This document shows positions 15,960 through 23,294 of a stretch of DNA of 32,000 bases, one piece after another (position 1 is the stretch's first letter; every line of letters starts with the position of its first letter). The notes beneath the pieces are model-generated. The model did not search any database and was not told where the DNA came from. It saw nothing but the letters and a program-made list of their open reading frames with translations. The position numbers and the translations under genes were made by a program. The DNA comes from an uncultured Chloroflexia bacterium (GTDB lineage Bacteria; Chloroflexota; Ktedonobacteria; Ktedonobacterales; JADMIN01): contig CAVRAI010000015.1 in NCBI GenBank assembly GCA_963718915.1, positions 630,001-662,000 on the forward strand, given 5' to 3'.

Positions 15960-17174
15960 CTACGAGAGAGCGGGGCAGTTTGCTGGCGGCGTGAAGGCAA
16001 GGGGTGGCATGGGCAGTTGTCCATAGGGGCTGACGCTCTCCATCAGCCGGAGCAGCGCCACATACTGCGGTTTGGCGGCGCCGTTTTTGGCGACATCCAC
16101 CATATCATCGGTTCCGTAGCCGCCGACATTCGCGAGGTCGAACTGGTTGGCGAATGAGGCGCCCGCGCGGGCCATGCTCTTCAGCGCGGTGACGCTATAT
16201 TGCGCGATCCAGCAGGCATCTTTTGTGTAGTCTGGCATCGGCGCCGATGGGTCGGCGTTCCACTCGGTCACGCCGATGGGGATACGCGCGCCCGCAGCGC
16301 CGAAGTACTGTGTCAGCCACCCGCGCACCATCGTCACCTGATCGCCGTAGCTATCCGCCTTCGCCATGCACGAGTCAGCGCTTTCCTGCCAGCAGGGATA
16401 CCAGTGAAAGGTTACGAAGTCCGGCACTACCTTACTCAGCGCCATCCCTTGCAGCGCCTTTTGCATGTAGCAGACGGTACTGTCGAACGTGTAGGTACAC
16501 TGGCTATACTGCGGCGTGGTGGCGGCTGGCCCGCCGAAAAGCGCATGAGGGTCAATCGCGCGCAGCCTGGGGATCTCGCTCGCCCACTGTGAGATGTAGG
16601 TCGCAACCAGAACCTGCTCGTTATCCGGCTCATTCATGAATTCGTAGGACGAGCACTTGCCCTTGAAGAGCGTCACCATATGCTCGTCGTAGGCCATGCT
16701 GTTCCCGCTCGGCAGCTCACAAAGCAATTGCGCGCCGGTGTTGAGCGCCGCCTGCACCTTGCTTTGCTGATAGGCGTCTGTCACCGGCTGGCTCGTGACG
16801 AGGTCAGTCTGGAAGAGCCAGGTGCGGATCAACGCCAGATGGTCGGCCTTCACCTGCTTCTGGATCGCCGGTATAGTGATGAGATTCTTCTCGGCGTCCC
16901 AGTTCTGTGTGTCATTGGTGCCCCAGAGCATCGAGGGGATGCCATGCCAGAGGGTCTCGCCGGGCAGCAGTGGTGGCGGTGTCTTCGGCGCCCAGTTGGC
17001 GGGCGGGCCAGCGTTTTCACCGCCGATGAGTCGGGACACTGCTGCGGTTCCACCGCCGATGGCGACCAGCACGAGCGCCACCATCAACGCGGCAACGATG
17101 GGCTGCGTTCGCACCCAGTTGGTCAGCCGCCTCTTCGGAGACGTCTTCTGAGGCATTGTCTGAGCAGCCGTCAT
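15960..17174 (-). CDS. Membrane-anchored/secreted glycoside hydrolase, clan GH-A TIM barrel (family not assignable by eye)
   Basis: ATG 17174 follows GGAGGAGAGGGG. Signal-anchor IVAALMVALVLVAIGGGTAAV. Acid/base-type motif EFMNEPD and nucleophile-type motif GVTEWN. Confidence 0.6.
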   Translation of the reverse strand: MTAAQTMPQKTSPKRRLTNWVRTQPIVAALMVALVLVAIGGGTAAVSRLIGGENAGPPANWAPKTPPPLLPGETLWHGIPSMLWGTNDTQNWDAEKNLITIPAIQKQVKADHLALIRTWLFQTDLVTSQPVTDAYQQSKVQAALNTGAQLLCELPSGNSMAYDEHMVTLFKGKCSSYEFMNEPDNEQVLVATYISQWASEIPRLRAIDPHALFGGPAATTPQYSQCTYTFDSTVCYMQKALQGMALSKVVPDFVTFHWYPCWQESADSCMAKADSYGDQVTMVRGWLTQYFGAAGARIPIGVTEWNADPSAPMPDYTKDACWIAQYSVTALKSMARAGASFANQFDLANVGGYGTDDMVDVAKNGAAKPQYVALLRLMESVSPYGQLPMPPLAFTPPANCPALS

Positions 17175-17615
17175 GTCTTTGCCCCTCTCCTCCACCCCCA
17201 TGTCACACAGCTACGCGACGACGCTGCGCTTCCCAGCTTGTCGGCAACATACCCCCAACCATGTCCCGTCGGCAACAAACGAGGTGTGTAGCGACAGGCG
17301 ACAGGGTAACACCTGCATCGAGAGTGACATGAGTGAGTGTGTACATTGCACATTTGGACGATGCAAGCGCCGCGATGACCGTCAACAATGTTGTTCCTAC
17401 TGGAATTTTGAGTCTCGCAACACGCTAAATGCCGTCTCGATGATACGGAGGGATCTGCACAGGACGAACCTTGTTTGTTTATCTGTGTCCAGGGCACTCC
17501 AATTTGCAATATTGCATGCTTCGTGACAAAGTAGAGGGTATAGTATAGTGAAGCAATCGACAAAAGAACCAAAGGCGAGTATAGGTGTTATCCGAAAGTA
17601 GATAGGGGGACTAAA

Positions 17616-18740
17616 GTGTCCAAGCTTGTTATCTTCGGAAGTGCAGTTGTTGATTTGACCTTCACTGTACGGACATCCCTTCCGAAAGAAGGCGAATCAA
17701 TACCTGGCAAGTTTGAGGCATCCCCAGGTGGAAAAGGGCTCTATCAAGCGGTTGCGTGTGCTCGCCTGTCGTCGAAGTTGTCTTCAACGACATTCATAAG
17801 TTCCATTGGAAATGACCAGTTTGGAGCCCAAGTTCGCGATATTCTCACGATGGAGCATATTCACGAATGCATAGCAAATCAGGATCTTGGTGACAGAGAG
17901 ACAAGTGTAACCGATGTTGTGTGCATGCTGGTAACTCCTGGGAAGACTACTTCATACATAGGGTGTCGGAATGCAACAGATCGATTATCCGCTGACTTTG
18001 TCAGATCCGAGGCTGCAGCTGTGATTCAGGCCGCAGATGTTGTTCTCGTGACATTTGATGCTGCGGTGGAGGCAACGAAGGAGGTCATTTCACTTGCACG
18101 TGCTGCAGGTAAGCCAACCGTCATCAACGCCTCTCCACCTCATGAGAAGATGCCTTTGTCAGTTGTGCAAGGCGCAGACTTTGTGGTTGCGACTCATAAA
18201 GAGGCATGGGAGTGGCTACGCTTGCAAGGACATCTTCAAGCCGACGAATTGGAGAGCAAGGCGGAAGAATCAGTTGCCCGTAAGATCCTGGCGTCGGGCG
18301 CAAAGACCGTAATTCTAACGTTGGACGATAATGGCTGTATAGTGGTTGACTCATTAGGTTCCCGACATTATGAAGCATATACCGGCGGAACACCTATGGG
18401 TGGAACTGGAGCGAGGTCGGCATTCTGCGCAGGCCTTGCTGTTGCTTTGGTGGACCCCTTTGAAGTCGAGTGGGCATTGGCCGACTCAACTCCAGAGTCC
18501 AATCGGATCGCGACCGCATCAGCGGCTCGCTACTTCGCAACTCAAAAGGCAGGCAATATCCAGGCTATGCCTTATCGGGTGGATTTGGAGCGATTCTTCG
18601 AGCGGTGGCCGCCACTGAAGCTGATTTCTCCAAGCGCGGCACAAACGATAACAACCGACAAAGGTTCCGCGCAACCTAATAAGCAGCCAGACTTAAAAGT
18701 GCTAGGCAGCAAGCAGCCTCCAAAAGAACGGACATCCTAG
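17616..18740 (+). CDS. PfkB/ribokinase-fold protein with degenerate catalytic motifs and a low-complexity C-terminal tail
   Basis: GTG follows AGGGGGA. It aligns to E. coli ribokinase: VIFGSAVVDL, LPKEGESIPG..ASPGGKGLYQAVA (GG motif kept). NxxE reads THKE, and signature-2 G-A-G-D reads G-A-R-S (GGTGARSAFCAGLA). Confidence 0.8.
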   Translation: MSKLVIFGSAVVDLTFTVRTSLPKEGESIPGKFEASPGGKGLYQAVACARLSSKLSSTTFISSIGNDQFGAQVRDILTMEHIHECIANQDLGDRETSVTDVVCMLVTPGKTTSYIGCRNATDRLSADFVRSEAAAVIQAADVVLVTFDAAVEATKEVISLARAAGKPTVINASPPHEKMPLSVVQGADFVVATHKEAWEWLRLQGHLQADELESKAEESVARKILASGAKTVILTLDDNGCIVVDSLGSRHYEAYTGGTPMGGTGARSAFCAGLAVALVDPFEVEWALADSTPESNRIATASAARYFATQKAGNIQAMPYRVDLERFFERWPPLKLISPSAAQTITTDKGSAQPNKQPDLKVLGSKQPPKERTS

Positions 18741-18803
18741 CGCCTGGCTAATGCTCAACGTTCCGACCAGATATCTTCTCTGCCAGTATCAGGCGATTTC
18801 GTC

Positions 18804-18830
18804 TTTTTTGGGCATCGTAAGCCCAAAAAG
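18804..18830. other. Stable hairpin between the PfkB-like and Gmk-like genes
   Basis: TTTTTGGGC (18805-18813) - atcgtaa - GCCCAAAAA (18821-18829), about 65 nt after the PfkB-like stop. It is not followed by a U-tract. Confidence 0.4.
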
Positions 18831-18930
18831 TGGCGTGCCGATATACGACAAGTGAATGTTGAAGTCCCCTGATCTTCGTACCATCCCTGAGGCCAGGTAA
18901 TATGGGGAAACTAGAGGAGGGAGTACTCGA

Positions 18931-19593
18931 TTGGCCAAACGAAAGGGGGCGCTCCTGATAGTCAGTGGGCCATCAGGGGTAGGGAAGAACACCCTAGTGA
19001 ATCGCATCTTGCAGGTCGAGAAGAATGTACATCAGATGCCAACAGTCACCACTCGCGCTCCGCGTAATAGCGAGAAAGAAGGTCGGGAACACTTCTTCGT
19101 TACCGAAGCGGTGTTCGATGCCCATGTGCGAGATCAAGCGTTTCTTGAATGGGAGTGGATTCATGGTAATCGCTATGGCACTCTTCGCTCAACAGTAGAT
19201 AGCCTGTTAGCTGCTGGAAAGATTTGCATAGCAGATGTAGATGTCAAGGGAGCGTTGAATCTCAAACAAGAACATCCATTTGGAGTCATAGTTGTTTTCG
19301 TGCTACCTCCGTCGCCTGATGTCCTGCGCAAGCGCATATTGATGCGAGGGCCAGTGTCAAATGAGGAACTTGCAATGAGAATCGACCGAGCTGCCATAGA
19401 AATCGCCCAGGCTGGAAAGTGCGACTATCAACTTGTCAATGACGACCTTGATGCCGCTGTGGCCGCTCTCCTGGGAATTGTTCGGAAACTGAGGGGTAAA
19501 GGCGCTCGGTTCGGGCCATTGCAAGTACGATTCAAGCAACAAAAGCAAGTGCTGGCATCGCGGCGATTAGATTTACGGTCCAATAAGTCATGA
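18931..19593 (+). CDS. gmk: Guanylate kinase family protein (island-borne copy)
   Basis: TTG start follows GGAGGGAG. Motifs: P-loop SGPSGVGKNT, TTRAPRNSEKEGREHFFV, FLEWEWIHGNRYGT, and a Gmk-like lid/C-terminus. It is collinear with E. coli Gmk as I recall it. Confidence 0.8.
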   Translation: MAKRKGALLIVSGPSGVGKNTLVNRILQVEKNVHQMPTVTTRAPRNSEKEGREHFFVTEAVFDAHVRDQAFLEWEWIHGNRYGTLRSTVDSLLAAGKICIADVDVKGALNLKQEHPFGVIVVFVLPPSPDVLRKRILMRGPVSNEELAMRIDRAAIEIAQAGKCDYQLVNDDLDAAVAALLGIVRKLRGKGARFGPLQVRFKQQKQVLASRRLDLRSNKS

Positions 19594-19701
19594 CTAATTA
19601 CCAAGCGAGAATACTCCCCACACATTTGCTACGCGGGTGAACGCATCAACGTCACGCACATGGACTTATCTATCGTAGCATCTTTAGATCTGAGGTAGTT
19701 A

Positions 19702-20295
19702 ATGAGACGAATTTGTATTTTTGCTGGCAGCAGGAGGGGGATAGACCCTGATTTTCTGCACGCTACTACTCAACTTGCCCGCGCTATCGTTGCCCGGGGA
19801 TGGGGCATTGTCTACGGTGGAGCATCCGTGGGGCTCATGGGAGCACTTGCAGATGCCGCGCTCGCTGCTGGCGGCGAAGTCATTGGAGTCACGCCAAGGA
19901 GTGTCTTCTCTTCCGAGTTGCCTCATTCTGGATTGACAAAATTATATGTAGTTGCGAGCATGCATAGACGTAAGGCGCTCATGGCTGATCTTTCAGACGC
20001 GTTTATTGCCTTGCCAGGCGGGTTTGGAACATTCGATGAACTATTCGAAGTAGTTACATGGGCGCAGTTAGGAATTCACTCCAAGCCCATCGGAATCCTT
20101 GATACATGCGGATACTTCGACCCATTATTAGACCTAATCAAGCATGCAGCACGCTGTGGATTTATCAACCCGGAACACATGTCCTTGATTGAAGCTGATG
20201 CTAAAGTCGATCAACTCCTCGACTCGCTCGCAAGCCGGGCGTCGACAATGAGAAAGAAGGTTAGACCATCAGTGAGCAGCCAACTTAAGCAATAA
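19702..20295 (+). CDS. LOG-family protein (nucleoside 5'-monophosphate phosphoribohydrolase; TIGR00730-type)
   Basis: ATG follows GAGG. Motifs: ICIFAGS, VYGGASVGLMG, and the canonical PGGFGTFDELFE. Confidence 0.85.
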   Translation: MRRICIFAGSRRGIDPDFLHATTQLARAIVARGWGIVYGGASVGLMGALADAALAAGGEVIGVTPRSVFSSELPHSGLTKLYVVASMHRRKALMADLSDAFIALPGGFGTFDELFEVVTWAQLGIHSKPIGILDTCGYFDPLLDLIKHAARCGFINPEHMSLIEADAKVDQLLDSLASRASTMRKKVRPSVSSQLKQ

Positions 20296-20366
20296 CAGTC
20301 GTTGGAAGCTACTTCATCATGCCTATCGTCTGGTCGTTTCTTCCAGAGCCGGAGAAAGGATGCACC

Positions 20367-20738
20367 ATGGATGTCCATCGAGCGATAGAATCTAGATTGC
20401 TGGATTTTCAAGTAGCAGGCGTCTTTCAGTTCGCGCTGTCGCTAGAGCGTGGTAATCATGGGGAGGCAGCCCTCGTTCTGCACAGTACTGCATGCACTGT
20501 CGGATGCAGAGCTGCAGAAGCCAAGGAGTATTTACGACAGTTTGGATTGATTGAACCCAATAGATTTTGCCCCTATTTCTACAGTGGTTGCCAGTATAAG
20601 ATCTTGAGATCGACGGAGAAATATTTTCCAGGTTTCGAATTGCACAGCGATCCTTGGAGCGGCGGTGCGCTGAAGGCAATAGCGGAAGGTTTCGATGCCG
20701 ATTTCAGCGAAGTGCGCGCTCATCAAAACGGTTCTTGA
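20367..20738 (+). CDS. Hypothetical 123-aa protein
   Basis: ATG 20367 is 6 nt after GGAGAAAGGA; the track's start at 20319 lacks an RBS. I recognise no motif. There are five Cys, and a possible HTH-like stretch GEAALVLHSTACTVGCRAAEAKEYLRQFGLIE. Confidence 0.5.
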   Translation: MDVHRAIESRLLDFQVAGVFQFALSLERGNHGEAALVLHSTACTVGCRAAEAKEYLRQFGLIEPNRFCPYFYSGCQYKILRSTEKYFPGFELHSDPWSGGALKAIAEGFDADFSEVRAHQNGS

Positions 20739-20863
20739 TCTCGACGAATTGCGTCAGCCTGCCTCATGGGACGCCCTGCCGTGAGGGTTCAACTGTTATG
20801 AGTGTGTCGAATTTGGCATCTGATGGTACAGGAGATATGGAGAATCACAGGAGGAGTCAGACG

Positions 20864-22891
20864 ATGACGAAAGTGAGCAAGAAAACTGTTAAGGTCTTTT
20901 GCAGCTACTCCCATCGAGATGAGTTACTTCGCGAGACACTCGACAAGCACCTTGCATTTCTCCAAAGGAATGGGACGATTAGCAACTGGAATGATCGAAA
21001 AATTGACGCTGGCGTCAAATGGGAAACCGAGATCAGTGCTCATCTGGAGTCAGCAGATATAGTATTGATGCTCGTAAGCGCCGATTTTATGGCCTCAGAT
21101 TATTGTTACGGAATTGAGATGCAACGGGCGCTTCAACGATTTGACGAGGGATCTGCCCGGGTTATTCCGATAATCCTACGGCCAGTTGACTGGCAAGCCG
21201 CGCCTTTTGCAAAGCTACAGGTGCTCCCACGGGATGCAAAGCCTGTGACTGGGTGGGACGATCCAGAAGAGGCATGGGCGAGTATTGCCACTACAATCCG
21301 CCTTTTGTGTGAAGAGATAGTCGCCGAGGCTGATGTACGGCATATTGATACTACAGAGCGGACTGTGCAACTGACACAGCACGGAGGGATGAGCTATCAA
21401 TTACACGAAGTTTTCGTCAAATCTGGTATGCCAGATATAACCCTGGTAGAGAGGGATGAGTTTGACTCACTCAAGATTGCTATCGCTACACCTGGACGTG
21501 GCGTAGTAATAGAGGGGCCATCAGGAGTTGGCAAGACGACTGCTGTTCGGCAGGCGCTAGCAGAAGCTGGCCAAAGCGGCCACCAATATAGCCAGGTTGG
21601 TGAGCATATTTTGACCGCGAAAAGTCCAGACGACGTAAAATCCCTGTCCCACATCGAGAAGTGGCATACTGGCGCAGTTGTAATCGACGACTTCCATTGC
21701 CTTAATGCACCTCTCCAACTTGAGTTGGTGAATTACCTCAAGCGGCTAGCTGATCAGCAGCCACGTGACAAGAAACTCATACTCATAGGTATTCCTGGTA
21801 CAGGACAACGGCTCGTAGATATATCTCATGATGTAGCAACCCGCATTGACTTGTTTCGTTTCGGCAAAGTCAGTGATCAACTGGTGTTAAGCCTCATACG
21901 CAAGGGAGAAGATGCGCTAAATGTTGAGTTTGATCGGAAGGTTGAGATTGCAATGGCGTCTTCAGGAAGCCTAAATATTGCTCAGTACCTTGGTTTCGAA
22001 ATTTGTGAGAGGGAGCATATACTTCAAACGGCTCCTACCCGTCGCTATATCAGAACAGACCTGGGTTCCGCCGTATCAAGAGTAGTTCGGGATTTGTCGT
22101 CAAAATTCCACGGCCCCATCCGCCAGTTTGCCGCACTTGGCCCACGTACTGACACAACGTGCCTCGAACTGCTCAAAGAATTACCCCATACTCATGACGG
22201 ATTCTTGCCTCTCTTGACGTTGTCTGACAGACGACCTTCCTTGGCGATCGGTATTAGCTCTTTTGTCGATGGGAATTGGATGCAATCCTTATATTCCAGG
22301 CATCCGGAAGTCGCTGATTTCATTTATTTCGATGAAAGTGCTGTGGCGCTTGTTGCAGAGGATCCTCAGCTTACCTTTTATCTAAGCAATGCTAACTTTG
22401 CTCAATTAGAGAACGAAGCAGGCAAGTATATACCCCAAATTCGTAAACGTCTCACCTTTGTGTATAGTCATGTGGATGCGGAATGGCTTGAAAAAATTAG
22501 AATCCATCTTAAGCCCGCTGTTAACGATGCGGATCTTGAGTTGTGGAGTGATACGCGCGTTCAAACGACAGCCAAATGGGCAGACGAGCTTCAGCGTGTA
22601 TTCGACGTTTCCGCCGCAGTCATAATTCTGGTAAGTGCCGATTTTCTGGCGTCGGAGTTTGCTTTACAGCAAAGACTCTATAGCCTTCTTACAATCGCTC
22701 ATGCCAATGGGACAACCATCATTCCATTGATTGTCTCACCTTGTCTATACCGTGGAAGTAGTTTGAGAGGGTATTTGCCGCACGGCTCGCCAGACAGGCC
22801 TTTGACAGCAATGAGGGATTGGGAGCAGGGCAAGACTCTGTTATCACTTACAGAAGCTATTTTAAAACTGGTAAAGCAGGAAAGCAAATGA
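20864..22891 (+). CDS. TIR domain - P-loop NTPase - second (degenerate) TIR-like domain protein
   Basis: ATG 20864 is 7 nt after AGGAGGAG; alternative starts are 20798 and 20837. TIR1: KVFCSYSHRDE ... VSADFMASDYCYGIEMQRAL ... VIPIILRPVDW. Walker A GPSGVGKT (21515-21538) and Walker B VVIDDF (21677-21691). TIR2: LTFVYSHVDAEW ... VSADFLASEFALQQRL ... IIPLIVSPC. Confidence 0.85.
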   Translation: MTKVSKKTVKVFCSYSHRDELLRETLDKHLAFLQRNGTISNWNDRKIDAGVKWETEISAHLESADIVLMLVSADFMASDYCYGIEMQRALQRFDEGSARVIPIILRPVDWQAAPFAKLQVLPRDAKPVTGWDDPEEAWASIATTIRLLCEEIVAEADVRHIDTTERTVQLTQHGGMSYQLHEVFVKSGMPDITLVERDEFDSLKIAIATPGRGVVIEGPSGVGKTTAVRQALAEAGQSGHQYSQVGEHILTAKSPDDVKSLSHIEKWHTGAVVIDDFHCLNAPLQLELVNYLKRLADQQPRDKKLILIGIPGTGQRLVDISHDVATRIDLFRFGKVSDQLVLSLIRKGEDALNVEFDRKVEIAMASSGSLNIAQYLGFEICEREHILQTAPTRRYIRTDLGSAVSRVVRDLSSKFHGPIRQFAALGPRTDTTCLELLKELPHTHDGFLPLLTLSDRRPSLAIGISSFVDGNWMQSLYSRHPEVADFIYFDESAVALVAEDPQLTFYLSNANFAQLENEAGKYIPQIRKRLTFVYSHVDAEWLEKIRIHLKPAVNDADLELWSDTRVQTTAKWADELQRVFDVSAAVIILVSADFLASEFALQQRLYSLLTIAHANGTTIIPLIVSPCLYRGSSLRGYLPHGSPDRPLTAMRDWEQGKTLLSLTEAILKLVKQESK

Positions 22892-23219
22892 TCGGAAAAT
22901 GGACCTGCTGCAAGAAGGATGTCCAATGAACGTACAAGTTTGACCCATCTGATCTGACATGCGGGTGTTATGCCAGTGCAACGAGAAATTGACTGCTGTT
23001 CGAGGTCATCGCAAAGGGATCATACTGATTTCGGGTGAGTTGTTGTGGTTCAGGCGCCCACCGTAGCCTGAAGGCCACGGCGAATTTCCTCGGACGCAGC
23101 CTCGTCCACCCATTCGCTGTAGCGTTTACGCTACGGCTTGCCTGCCCTCGAAACCAACAACAACGCAGACAGATTTCGTATCACAGGCTTTTCAGTGCGC
23201 GAGCTATACTCAATCGTTG

Positions 23220-23294
23220 TGGTGCCCCCAGGGCGACTCGAACGCCCGCCCCCGGCTCCGGAGGCCGGTGCTCTATCCACTGAGCTATGGGGGC
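23220..23294 (-). tRNA. tRNA-Arg (anticodon CCG), CCA encoded
   Basis: Minus strand, 75 nt: GCCCCCA-TA-GCTC-AGTGGATA-GAGC-A-CCGGC-CTCCGGA-GCCGG-GGGC-GGGCG-TTCGAGT-CGCCC-TGGGGGC-A-CCA. All four stems are fully paired, and the T-loop is TTCGAGT. Confidence 0.9.

Larger units (their letters stand above)
17300..23219. mobile_element. Low-G+C genomic island (horizontally acquired block, boundaries approximate; no integrase or transposase) beside tRNA-Arg
   Basis: Composition visibly drops, by eye to roughly the high 40s percent from above 60 percent. Codons switch to A/T-ending forms across five co-directional genes. The 3' end of the tRNA faces the block. Confidence 0.5.

Noticed and set aside
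17483-17502. Gapped resemblance (gtgt--ccagggc-actcc) to the tRNA-Arg 3' end (gtgcccccagggcgactcg), a possible degenerate att repeat at the left island edge
   Set aside because: It needs two gaps and several mismatches, with only a 7-mer core identical. That is not distinguishable from chance by eye.
17505-17516. 12-bp perfect palindrome TGCAATATTGCA about 100 nt upstream of the first island gene, near a TATAGTATAGT -10-like run at 17539-17549
   Set aside because: Perfect 6+6 palindromes are expected about 8 times by chance in 32 kb. No -35/-10 pair with workable spacing could be built around it. It is kept only as a hypothesis.
17171-17572. 133-aa minus-strand ORF, and 117-aa plus-strand ORF 17173-17526, in the region left of the island cassette
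   Set aside because: It overlaps the glycosidase start. The products are Cys/His/Arg-rich and not protein-like, and no RBS is present. I treat the region as non-coding boundary or promoter sequence.
20654-20863. N-terminal extensions offered by the ORF track: TIR gene from 20654, GNAT to 30130, MFS to 2700, ANT(6) to 9417, StyA-like to 11047, regulator to 13344
   Set aside because: The extensions overlap upstream genes or lack an RBS, and they translate to non-protein-like sequence. Internal ATG/GTG codons with good Shine-Dalgarno spacing precede the first recognisable domain residues.
23050-23130. A 26-codon minus-strand open stretch ending …YSEWVDEAASEEIRRGLQATVGA* in the higher-GC segment between the island and the tRNA, possibly the 3' remnant of a host gene truncated by insertion
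   Set aside because: There is no start codon and it is bounded by an upstream TAG. It is too short to distinguish from chance, so it is only noted as a lead for defining the island junction.
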